Shown piece by piece: positions 1 to 8,616 of a stretch of 51,816 nucleotides of DNA. The first letter of the stretch is position 1; each line of letters starts with the position of its first letter. The notes beneath the pieces were generated by a model, which saw nothing but the letters and a program-made list of their open reading frames with translations, made no database searches and had not been told where the DNA came from. Made by a program: the position numbers and the translations under genes. The DNA is taken from positions 1-51,816 of the forward strand of contig CAZMTN010000003.1 of the NCBI GenBank assembly GCA_964569655.1, in the 5' to 3' direction. Source of the stretch: an uncultured Candidatus Saccharibacteria bacterium (GTDB lineage Bacteria; Patescibacteriota; Minisyncoccia; Phycocordibacterales; Phycocordibacteraceae).

Positions 1-66
1 AATTACAACAGGCTGTAAACCTGTCGGCTTCGGCCTACGAAGGTTCGAATCCTTCCCGGCGCACCA
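1..66 (+). tRNA. tRNA-Tyr(GUA), 5' part outside the window
   Basis: Anticodon arm ACAGG-CT-GTA-AA-CCTGT, long variable arm GGC-TTCG-GCC, T-loop GGTTCGAATCC, encoded CCA at 64-66. Confidence 0.93.
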
Positions 67-74
67 AAGGAAAG

Positions 75-104
75 GACCCTGAAGAACTTGCGTTCTCCAG
101 GGTC
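75..104. terminator. Hairpin between tRNA-Tyr and the convergent orphan
   Basis: GACCCTG(75-81)/CAGGGTC(98-104) with inner AGAAC/GTTCT. Confidence 0.55.
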
Positions 105-111
105 TCTCGCT

Positions 112-546
112 TTACGTGCCGCAATGATAGCTCGACAGAGTGGTAATGACCCTCACCGCCCTGACCCACAGGCCGCCGAACTCCACACTGAGGAACGTGC
201 GGTCCTCAGCGCCTAGACGGTCGTCCCGAGACAGCTCCTCGATCAAATCGGTGTATGAGTCGTTGATGCTATCGGTCAAGAACGGCTCGAGATCGTAGTA
301 GGCCGTATCGATATATGACCTCAGCCGCTCCACCTTAGGGTCCCAGGGCGAGCGCTTCCGGGTCCGCTCATAGTCTATGTGCGCCGCTGCAAGCTCGCGG
401 AGTTTATCCGGCTCGATGTACTCCTCGCCGGTGATAACGATACTCTTCTGTTTATTCAGCTTTGCCAGCCACTCGTATGAGGCATCGTCTTCAAGAGCGC
501 GGAACTCTATAAGGCACCGCGCGAACTCTATCTGATCCTGGCGCAT
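112..546 (-). CDS. Hypothetical acidic helical protein, 144 aa (orphan)
   Basis: C-terminal part of the 112..1158 ORF that does not overlap trpS; ATG 546 with GAGGGG 5 nt upstream and TTGACA/TATACC further up. Confidence 0.6.
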   Translation of the reverse strand: MRQDQIEFARCLIEFRALEDDASYEWLAKLNKQKSIVITGEEYIEPDKLRELAAAHIDYERTRKRSPWDPKVERLRSYIDTAYYDLEPFLTDSINDSYTDLIEELSRDDRLGAEDRTFLSVEFGGLWVRAVRVITTLSSYHCGT

Positions 547-657
547 AGCTACCCCTCGTTGAAAGACCTTCGCTATACACCGGTATAGCAATGGCGCAGG
601 GCTTCTGTCAAAAACGGCGAGTGCTGCCTCCTGCGCACGTATGCTATCGTGATGAGC

Positions 658-1602
658 ATGACCAGCGGGAAAAAGACACTCCTCACCGGACTCCAGCCGT
701 CTGGAGATCTCCATATCGGCAACTACTTCGGCGCCTTGAAGCCGTTCGTGGACGCATACGGGAAATACGACAGCTACCTCATGATCGCGGACTACCACGC
801 GCTCACGTCGCTCCATGACCGGGATGCGCTCCGTCAGAACACCATTGAAGTGGTGAAGGACTACCTCGCTGCAGGCATCAATCCTGCTAAGGCGGTCATC
901 TTCAAGCAGTCGGACGTGCCGGCGCACACCGAGCTGGCCTGGATCTTCGACTGCCTCGTTACCGTCCCGTTCCTCATGCAAGGGCATGCCTATAAGGACA
1001 AGGTAGCGAAGGGCCTCGAGCCGAACGCAGGCCTCTTCACCTATCCGATGCTCATGGCAGCGGACATCCTCCTCTACAACACTGACGTAGTGCCTGTCGG
1101 CGAGGACCAGCGCCAGCATATCGAGTACGCCCGCGAAGCAGCTTCGAAGTTCAATCACGCGTTCGGCGAGCTCTTCAAAGAGCCGAAGGAGATGATCCTC
1201 TCGGGCGTCGGCATCGTGCCGGGCACGGACGGGAAGAAGATGAGCAAGAGCTACAAGAACACCATCCCGCTCTTCGGCTCAAGAGAAGAGCTCGCGAAGG
1301 CGGTCATGAGCATCGTCACGGACTCGGGTTCAGACAGGCCGGAGAACGTGTTCGCGATCCATAAGCTCCTCAAGACTGACGCGGAGCTCATGCCGCTGTA
1401 CGAGGACAAGAAGGGGAGGTATAAGGACCTGAAGGAGGCCCTCATTGAGGATCTCGACGCGTTCCTCGCTCCCATGCGAGAGAAGCGCGCATCCATCACG
1501 GACGCAGACGTGGCCAAGGTGCTGTCTTCAGGAGCTGAGAAGGCGAGGGCGGCGAGCGAAGCGAAGATGCAGGAGGTGCGGAAGGCGGTGGGCGTACGCT
1601 AA
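658..1602 (+). CDS. trpS: Tryptophanyl-tRNA synthetase
   Basis: TGLQPSG-LHIGNY (HIGH), YPMLMAADILLY, VPVGEDQ-QH, KMSKS; start placed at 658 from the -10 box at 645-650. Confidence 0.97.
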   Translation: MTSGKKTLLTGLQPSGDLHIGNYFGALKPFVDAYGKYDSYLMIADYHALTSLHDRDALRQNTIEVVKDYLAAGINPAKAVIFKQSDVPAHTELAWIFDCLVTVPFLMQGHAYKDKVAKGLEPNAGLFTYPMLMAADILLYNTDVVPVGEDQRQHIEYAREAASKFNHAFGELFKEPKEMILSGVGIVPGTDGKKMSKSYKNTIPLFGSREELAKAVMSIVTDSGSDRPENVFAIHKLLKTDAELMPLYEDKKGRYKDLKEALIEDLDAFLAPMREKRASITDADVAKVLSSGAEKARAASEAKMQEVRKAVGVR

Positions 1603-1659
1603 GTTGCTCAGCGCTGCCCGCTGCGCTATAAGGTAATGGGACAAAGAGGGCTTGGGCCA

Positions 1660-1881
1660 ATGATTCACCCGCTCATCGGTTGCATGGAGCGTACGGCGGA
1701 TGTCATTTTCACCGGACCTGATGCGCACGCCTTGCTTGCAGACTGGCTTCCGACAGCGGAAACCGAAACCCACACGGCTGCTCTTGTCGGGCAGATCTAT
1801 CTCGGCAAGAGCAAGCCGCCGGAATTGCATGCCTGGGTTATGCTGATTGAAAGGCCGGTACAGCTGAGCTTCGATTTCTGA
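1660..1881 (+). CDS. Small hypothetical protein (73 aa; alternative start 1636) ending in QLSFDF
   Basis: Fills the trpS-aspS gap; AGAGGG upstream of ATG 1660; possible TTGCTC-N17-TATAAG promoter; C-terminal clamp-binding-like hexamer. Confidence 0.5.
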   Translation: MIHPLIGCMERTADVIFTGPDAHALLADWLPTAETETHTAALVGQIYLGKSKPPELHAWVMLIERPVQLSFDF

Positions 1882-1942
1882 GTTTTAAGTACACGACGAT
1901 TACGCCCTGCGGATAACCGCAGGGCGTGGTATTTTATAGTCC

Positions 1943-3304
1943 ATGACCGAACGAACACTTATAGGGGAATTGGGACAGCGCGTCGGCGAGACCGTATCGA
2001 TCTCGGGCTGGGTAGATGTCCGCCGCGACCAGGGGAAGCTCATCTTCTTCGATTTCCGCGATCGCACCGGGAAAGCGCAAGGCGTGGTACTGCCGGGCTC
2101 TCCGGCAACTGACGTCGCCAAGGAGACGCGCAACGAGTTCGTCGTGCGCGTGGAGGGCATCGTGAACAAGCGCCCGGAGAAGAACGTCCAGGCGGATAAA
2201 CAGAACGGGGACATCGAGCTCGAGATCAAGGGCATCGAGGTCCTCGCTGCTGCCGAAGCGCTCCCGTTCGCCATGGATGCGGAGCTCAATCTCGATACGT
2301 TGCTTGATAACCGCCCGCTCACGCTCCGCACCGAGCAGGCCCGAGCCATCTTCAAAGTCCAGGCGGCCATTACGAGCGCCTACCGCACCTTCCTCAACGA
2401 TGAAGGCTTTACCGAATTCCAGGCGCCTAAGCTCATCGGCGATGATGCCGAAGGCAGCGGCGAGGTGTTTGCCGTGCCTTATTTCTACGGGAAGACCGCG
2501 CATCTTGCGACCTCCCCTCAGCTCTACAAGCAGATCATGGTCGGCGTCTATGAGCGCGTCTACGCGATCGGTAACGTGTTCCGCGCGGAGAAGCACTCCA
2601 CCTCGCGCCATCTGAACGAATACACCTCGCTCGATGTCGAGATGGGATTCATCAAGGATCATCATGACGTCATGGATATGGAGACGCGCTTCATGCGTTT
2701 CCTCATCGAGAAATTCAAGAAGCACTGCGCGACCGAATTCCAGCTCTTCAGCTCGGAGATCCCCACCGTTCCTGAGGAGGGCATCCCGTTCATGAAGCTC
2801 CGCGAGGCACAGGAGCTCATCTTCAAGGAGACCGGCAAGGACAAGCGCGAGGAGCCGGACCTCGAACCCGAGGACGAGCGCTGGCTCTGCGAATGGGCGA
2901 AGCGCGAGAAGGGCAGCGATTTCATCTTCGTCACGCACTACCCGGTCTCGAAGCGCCCGATGTACACCTTCGAGGATCAGGAGGACCCGGGCTTCACCAA
3001 GAGCTTCGACCTCCTCTTTAGGGGGCTTGAAATCACGACCGGCGGACAGCGCCGCCATGAGTACCAGAACCTCATCGACGGCATCCGCATGAAGGGACTC
3101 GACCCGGATCAGTTCTCGTATTACCTCCAGGCCTTCAAGTACGGCATGCCGCCGCACGGCGGATGGGGCATGGGGCTTGAACGTCTCACCGAGAAGATGC
3201 TCGGACTTGCTAACGTGAAGGAAGCGACGCTCTTCCCGCGCGATATCAATCGCATCGACGTACTCCTCTCGCAGGAAGATACCTCCAAGGGCGCATCGCT
3301 ATGA
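1943..3304 (+). CDS. aspS: Aspartyl-tRNA synthetase, short archaeal/non-discriminating type
   Basis: N-terminal OB fold (GWVDVRRDQGKLIFFDFRDRTG), LATSPQLYKQ, FRAEKH-TSRHLNEY, GGQR, PPHGG-G-GLERL; no GAD insertion. Confidence 0.93.
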   Translation: MTERTLIGELGQRVGETVSISGWVDVRRDQGKLIFFDFRDRTGKAQGVVLPGSPATDVAKETRNEFVVRVEGIVNKRPEKNVQADKQNGDIELEIKGIEVLAAAEALPFAMDAELNLDTLLDNRPLTLRTEQARAIFKVQAAITSAYRTFLNDEGFTEFQAPKLIGDDAEGSGEVFAVPYFYGKTAHLATSPQLYKQIMVGVYERVYAIGNVFRAEKHSTSRHLNEYTSLDVEMGFIKDHHDVMDMETRFMRFLIEKFKKHCATEFQLFSSEIPTVPEEGIPFMKLREAQELIFKETGKDKREEPDLEPEDERWLCEWAKREKGSDFIFVTHYPVSKRPMYTFEDQEDPGFTKSFDLLFRGLEITTGGQRRHEYQNLIDGIRMKGLDPDQFSYYLQAFKYGMPPHGGWGMGLERLTEKMLGLANVKEATLFPRDINRIDVLLSQEDTSKGASL

Positions 3305-4716
3305 AGCTGACTTTCTCGAAGAAATCCATCGACGAGGCACCGAAAGAATATGTGCGCATCCGCCTTACGGAGGAAACGCGCGGCACGAAGAACCTGGCGC
3401 GCGAGAACGGCGTGATCTCTATCGAGGTAGGCGCTGGGAAAGCAGAGGAAATGAACCCACGTCGCTTCATCACGCTCTGCCGCTCCATCGTCCGCGCGGC
3501 TCGCGCGCACAAGTCGAAAAAGATTGTCATCCAGTTCGATCAGTCGCCTGAGCTCTTCGGGAACCTTCAGTCCGTCACTCCTGAATGGGTATCCCAGAAG
3601 GCAGGGGAGAACTTCGAGATGGCGAACTTCGAGTTCACTACGTTCAAGACAAAGCCGAAGGAGGGCTGGAGCGAGCTCGAAGAGATCCTGCTCTGCGGGA
3701 AGTCCTCGCCGAGCATCGAGGCAGCTGCGAAGAAGGGGCAGGCCATCGGCCAGTCCGTGAATGACTGCCGCGCCCTGGCCAATACGCCAGGCGGCGACAT
3801 GACCCCCCGAGGCCTCGCCAAGGCCGCAAAACAGGCCGTAGCCGGGCTCCCGGTGAAGATACAGACCCTGGGGCAGAAGGAGATGGAGAAGCTCGGCATG
3901 GGGGCGATCCTCGGCGTCGCCAAAGGCTCGAGCGAGGAGCCGACGTTCACCATCATGGAGTACAAGGGGGCTGCCGGGGCACCCATCGTGCTCGCCGGCA
4001 AGGGCGTCACCTTCGACAGCGGCGGATTGAACCTGAAGCCCGAATCCGGCATCTACGAGATGCACATGGACATGTCCGGCGCGGCATCCGTGATTCACGC
4101 GGTCGCCCTCGCCGCGCGATTGAAGCTCAAGAAGCACGTCATCGGGCTCATTCCGTCAGTAGAGAATATGCCAGGAAACAACGCATATCGTCCGGGAGAC
4201 ATCCTCCGCTCCATGGCGGGGAAGACCATAGAGGTTTTGAATACCGATGCCGAAGGACGCCTCATCCTCGCGGATGCGATCACCTATGCGAAGCGCTTCA
4301 AGCCGTCGGTCGTGATCGACGTCGCGACGCTCACGGGAGCCGTCCTGGTTGCGCTCGGCCTCCACGCGAACGGCGTCATGTCGCGCGACAAGAAGCTCGC
4401 GAATGCGCTCGTCGAGATGGGCGAGAGCTCTGGAGATTACTGCTGGGAGCTCCCGCTCTGGGACGAGTACGAGGATTGCGTTCGCGGCACCTTCGCGGAC
4501 ATCAGTAATGTGCCGGGTAACGGGTCCTCGAGCCGCTACGGCGGCGCCATCAACGGCGGCATGTTCCTCTGGCAGTTCGCCAAGGAGCTCGACTGTCCGT
4601 GGGCGCACATCGACATCGCTTCCCGCATGACCGCAGCCCCGTCCGATGAGCTTGCCAAGGGCGCAGCCGGTTCTCCAGTCCGGCTCCTGATACAATTCAT
4701 CGAGTCATGGAAATAG
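3301..4716 (+). CDS. pepA: Leucyl aminopeptidase (M17)
   Basis: GKGVTFDSGG, MHMDMSGAA, NTDAEGRL-LAD, DVATLTGA, WAHIDIA; ATGA overlap with aspS. Confidence 0.95.
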   Translation: MKLTFSKKSIDEAPKEYVRIRLTEETRGTKNLARENGVISIEVGAGKAEEMNPRRFITLCRSIVRAARAHKSKKIVIQFDQSPELFGNLQSVTPEWVSQKAGENFEMANFEFTTFKTKPKEGWSELEEILLCGKSSPSIEAAAKKGQAIGQSVNDCRALANTPGGDMTPRGLAKAAKQAVAGLPVKIQTLGQKEMEKLGMGAILGVAKGSSEEPTFTIMEYKGAAGAPIVLAGKGVTFDSGGLNLKPESGIYEMHMDMSGAASVIHAVALAARLKLKKHVIGLIPSVENMPGNNAYRPGDILRSMAGKTIEVLNTDAEGRLILADAITYAKRFKPSVVIDVATLTGAVLVALGLHANGVMSRDKKLANALVEMGESSGDYCWELPLWDEYEDCVRGTFADISNVPGNGSSSRYGGAINGGMFLWQFAKELDCPWAHIDIASRMTAAPSDELAKGAAGSPVRLLIQFIESWK

Positions 4717-5447
4717 CTCCGGCAAGGACGAACTACACCATCCGTACCAATGCGTACGAAGGACCCTTCGAGCTCCTCCTCGACCTCATCGAGAAGCGGA
4801 AGGTATCGGTAAGCGACATCTCGCTCGCGACCGTCACCGACGAATTCATACAGCACGTACGCAGTCATGCGGATTTCCCGATGGAGGACGCCACGAACTT
4901 CATCGCTGTCGCCGCGACGCTGCTCCTCATCAAGTCGAAGTCGCTGCTTCCGGAGCTCGAGCTCTCCGAAGAGGAGGAAGAGGGCATCGCGGACCTTGAG
5001 CGCCGGCTGGCGCTCTATGAGAAAGCCCGTGAAGCTGCGCGTGAGCTCAGCCACCTATTCGGCAGGAAGGTGATGCTTGCGGCAGGAGAGCGACAAGCCG
5101 AACCTATCTTCGCCCCGAGCAAGGATCTGACCGCGCAGGCGCTCTCCGATGCGCTCTCGAACGCGCTTACGGCGCTTGAGAAGGTGGAGGAGCTTCCGGA
5201 AGCTCGCGTTAAATCCACCGTCACCATCGAGGAGATGATGGACAGCCTCTTGAAGCGCGTGCAGACCACGCTCACCATGTCCTTCAAGGACTTCGCTGCC
5301 GGCAGCAAGGAGAAGGTGGAGGTGATCGTCTCATTCCTCGCACTTCTGGAACTCGTGAAGCAGGGGGCGGTAGACGCGGCCCAGCATGATCATTTCGGAG
5401 ACATCAAGATTACGAATACGTCTGCGGCGGTGCCGAGGTACGCGTAA
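4707..5447 (+). CDS. scpA: Segregation and condensation protein A (kleisin)
   Basis: YEGPFELLLDLIE, ISLATVTDEF, FI-VAATLLLIKSKSLLP, IVSFLALLELVK. Confidence 0.93.
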   Translation: MEIAPARTNYTIRTNAYEGPFELLLDLIEKRKVSVSDISLATVTDEFIQHVRSHADFPMEDATNFIAVAATLLLIKSKSLLPELELSEEEEEGIADLERRLALYEKAREAARELSHLFGRKVMLAAGERQAEPIFAPSKDLTAQALSDALSNALTALEKVEELPEARVKSTVTIEEMMDSLLKRVQTTLTMSFKDFAAGSKEKVEVIVSFLALLELVKQGAVDAAQHDHFGDIKITNTSAAVPRYA

Positions 5448-5450
5448 GGC

Positions 5451-6026
5451 ATGACGAAATTCATACTCCATGGCGGATTTACTCGACAGGAGAATGAGCT
5501 TAATTATTCCTTCTTCAAAGAGCTTTTAAAAGATGTCCCTGATGGAGGAAGCATTCTCATGATCTTCTTTGCGTCCCGATCTGAGAATCCGACTCAAGAT
5601 TTCAAAGAAATGAAGGAGAGGATTCTCAGGCAGTCAGAAGGCAGGAAGGTGAATTTTGAATACGCGACCGAGGAGGAGCTTCTTGACCAAATCAGTGCTT
5701 CCCACGCCATCTATATCCATGGAGGAAGCACAAACAAGTTACTGAAGGTTCTCCGCAGCTATCCGGACCTGGGTCCTCTAGTGGCGGGGAAAACAGTAGC
5801 CGGCTCATCTGCCGGGGCCTATGCACTATCCAAGTTCGGCACTTCGCATTCGGAAGATGCAGTGCGCGAAGGGCTTGGACTGTTGCCGGTACGAGTTGTC
5901 TGTCATTACGAAAGCCCGACGCTTCCGCCGGCGCCGGGAGCAGTCGCTATCATTAAGAAAATGGATACGGATATGGAGCTCGTTCTTCTGCGGGATTTCG
6001 AGTGGAAAGTATTCAGCACCGTCTAG
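5451..6026 (+). CDS. Peptidase E / S51 family (class I glutamine amidotransferase-like) protein
   Basis: ILHGG, IYIHGG-T, nucleophile elbow VAGSSAGA, C-HYE; visibly more AT-rich than its neighbours. Confidence 0.75.
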   Translation: MTKFILHGGFTRQENELNYSFFKELLKDVPDGGSILMIFFASRSENPTQDFKEMKERILRQSEGRKVNFEYATEEELLDQISASHAIYIHGGSTNKLLKVLRSYPDLGPLVAGKTVAGSSAGAYALSKFGTSHSEDAVREGLGLLPVRVVCHYESPTLPPAPGAVAIIKKMDTDMELVLLRDFEWKVFSTV

Positions 6027-6083
6027 CCATCCCCACCTCTAGTGGGTAGCCCTCCTAGCCAAATAGGGCTAAAATGGCGATAT

Positions 6084-6629
6084 ATGGCGCTTTCACCATC
6101 CGCCGCCCTGGAGGCGCTCCTCTTCGCATCCGGCGAGCCGGTATCGAAGAAGCGACTTATGTCCCTTCTTGGCTTTTCTGCCGTCCAGCTTGATACCGTG
6201 ACTGGAGACCTCCGCAATTCGCTCTTCAATCGCGGGCTTGCCCTCATCGAAACGCATGAGGAACTTGACCTCCGTACGGCACCTGATGCCGGAGAATTCA
6301 TCAAGAAGATGCGCGAAGGGGAACTCACCAAGGACCTCGGCAAGGCCGGGCTTGAAGCGCTCGCTATCATCCTCTACAACGGCGGCGCCACCCGCAGCGA
6401 GATCGACTGGATCCGCGGCGTGAATTCCGCGCAGATCGTCCGCTCCCTCATGCTGCGCGGCCTCATCGAGCGCACCGAGGATGAGAAGGACAAGCGCAAG
6501 TTCATCTATCGCGGCACCACGGACGCGCTCGCGCATATCGGCGTCGGGCGGGTGGAAGACCTCCCGCGCTTCGCGGAGCTGAAGAAAGAGAGCGAGCTCG
6601 CGGTAGCCGCCGAAACCTCAGATGTATAA
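6084..6629 (+). CDS. scpB: Segregation and condensation protein B
   Basis: LEALLFASGEP, LEALAIILY, TRSEIDWIRGVNS, LM-RGLIE, Y-GT; ATG 6084 follows TAAAAT. Confidence 0.95.
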   Translation: MALSPSAALEALLFASGEPVSKKRLMSLLGFSAVQLDTVTGDLRNSLFNRGLALIETHEELDLRTAPDAGEFIKKMREGELTKDLGKAGLEALAIILYNGGATRSEIDWIRGVNSAQIVRSLMLRGLIERTEDEKDKRKFIYRGTTDALAHIGVGRVEDLPRFAELKKESELAVAAETSDV

Positions 6630-7560
6630 GTTTTCCGTACCAGACCTGGCCACTCCGATCGAGCGCAAACAGGCGGGCATCGCGCTCGTCATGCTGGCGG
6701 TCATCCTCGGCGCGACCGCCTACTTCTTCCCAAAGAGGGAGGAGCCGGCGCCGGTCATCGTGCAGGAGAGGCCGGCGCCGGACGCATACAAGGACGTTTC
6801 AGTACTCGGCAAGTCCGCCATCGTCTACGACCTCACCACCGGCCACACCCTATTCGAGCGAAACGCGGACGCGCAGCTCCCGCTCGCGTCCCTCACCAAG
6901 CTCCTCTCCGCATACGCCGCGAGCGAGGCTCTCGCGCCGTCTACCTTGGTCACCATTGATGCTGAGGACCTCGCCGCCGAAGGGGACAGCGGCCTCCAGA
7001 TCGGGGAGGTGTTCGCGCTCAAGGACATCGCGAAGCTCGCGCTCGTCGCTTCCTCGAACGATGCCGCCGAAGCCATCACCAACGCCGCGAGAGAGAACCG
7101 CTCCCTCACCACCGAGGACCTTCTCAAGAACGCAGCGGCATCGGTGCACCTTTCCCAGACGTATGCCGTGAACGGCACCGGCCTCGACGAGAACGAGTCC
7201 GTGTCCGGCGGCTACGGCTCAGCGCACGATGTCGCCCGCCTCGCGGGCGCTATCCTCGCGAAGGCACCGGAGCTCGCGAAGGCCACCACCGAGCACACCG
7301 TTACCGTGCAGTCCCTGAACGGCATCACGCACACGCTCCCGAACACGGATCCGTCGGTCGACCGCTTCCCGAATCTGCTCCTCTCGAAGACCGGCTTTAC
7401 GGACCTTGCCGGCGGGAACCTCGTCGTCGTATTCGATGCCGGGCTTAATCACCCGGTCGCGGTAGTAGTGCTCGGCTCCACGCGCGAGTCCCGCTTCACG
7501 GACGTGGAAACGCTCATCCACGCGACGCTCGCGCACTTCGCTAAGATTTCACCATCATGA
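6622..7560 (+). CDS. D-alanyl-D-alanine carboxypeptidase (S11), membrane anchored
   Basis: N-terminal TM; SxxK (ASLTK), SxN (SSN), KTG (KTGFT). Confidence 0.9.
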   Translation: MYKFSVPDLATPIERKQAGIALVMLAVILGATAYFFPKREEPAPVIVQERPAPDAYKDVSVLGKSAIVYDLTTGHTLFERNADAQLPLASLTKLLSAYAASEALAPSTLVTIDAEDLAAEGDSGLQIGEVFALKDIAKLALVASSNDAAEAITNAARENRSLTTEDLLKNAAASVHLSQTYAVNGTGLDENESVSGGYGSAHDVARLAGAILAKAPELAKATTEHTVTVQSLNGITHTLPNTDPSVDRFPNLLLSKTGFTDLAGGNLVVVFDAGLNHPVAVVVLGSTRESRFTDVETLIHATLAHFAKISPS

Positions 7561-8615
7561 TCGGGGAAGCTGCACAGGTTCTCGTCCCGGCGGTCGTCTC
7601 CTTCGCGATCGGCATCGCGTTTGCGCCCGTGCTGACTCACTACCTCTACCGCCATCAGGCGTGGAAGAAGGTGGGCGGGAAGGGCAGGGGCATCGGCGGG
7701 GGAGGCACCCCCATCTTCGACGAACTCCACCGCGAACGCGAGATCTCGACCCCGCGCATGGGCGGCATCCTCATCTGGATGTCCGTACTCATCACGGCAG
7801 GCGGCATCGCGGCGCTCGCCATGGTATTCGGCGAGCCGTTCACCAGCTTCGGATTCATCAACCGCAGCCAGACCTGGCTCCCGCTTGCGGCCCTGTTCGT
7901 AGGAGCCGTGGTGGGCCTCATCGATGACGTGCTCGAGATAACCAAGAGCGCCGGCGGCGTGCCGCTCAAGCTCCGCCTCTTCGTCGTAGCGACTATCGCT
8001 ACCTTCTGCGGCTGGTGGTTCTACGAGAAGCTCGATGTCTCCTCGATAGGCATCCCGTTCTCTGCTCCGCTCGAGCTCGGCGGTTTCTTCGTCCTCTTTT
8101 TCGTGCTCGTCGCCCTGGCCCTCTACGCGAGCGGTATCATAGACGGCATTGACGGCCTCGCCGGCGGCGTCTTCGGCATCGTATTCATGGCGTACGCGGG
8201 CATCGCGTTCACCCAAGACCAGATCGCACTCGCCGCGTTCTCCGCCTGCGTTTCAGGCGCCGTACTAGCGTTCCTGTGGTTCAACGTGCCTCCCGCTCGT
8301 TTCTATCTCTCTGAGACCGGGACCATGGCGCTTACCCTGGCCCTGACCGTGGTCGCGTTCTCCGCGGACGTGCTCGGAGACGGCGTCGGCGTGTTCGTCC
8401 TTCCGATACTCGCGTTCCCGCTCGCGGCTACCGTGGTCTCGAGCCTGCTCCAGGTCTTCTGGAAGATAGTGTTCAAGCGGAAGCTCTTCCGCGTCGCTCC
8501 GGTGCACCACCATTTCGAAGCGCTCGGCTGGCCGCCCTATAAAGTGACCATGCGCTACTGGATCATCACCATCATCGCGGGCGCCTTCGGCCTCTCGCTC
8601 GCGCTCCTGACCTAG
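7557..8615 (+). CDS. mraY: Phospho-N-acetylmuramoyl-pentapeptide transferase
   Basis: TPRMGG, GLIDD, DGIDGL, FNVPPA, APVHHHFE; multi-TM. Confidence 0.93.
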   Translation: MIGEAAQVLVPAVVSFAIGIAFAPVLTHYLYRHQAWKKVGGKGRGIGGGGTPIFDELHREREISTPRMGGILIWMSVLITAGGIAALAMVFGEPFTSFGFINRSQTWLPLAALFVGAVVGLIDDVLEITKSAGGVPLKLRLFVVATIATFCGWWFYEKLDVSSIGIPFSAPLELGGFFVLFFVLVALALYASGIIDGIDGLAGGVFGIVFMAYAGIAFTQDQIALAAFSACVSGAVLAFLWFNVPPARFYLSETGTMALTLALTVVAFSADVLGDGVGVFVLPILAFPLAATVVSSLLQVFWKIVFKRKLFRVAPVHHHFEALGWPPYKVTMRYWIITIIAGAFGLSLALLT

Positions 8616-8616
8616 C

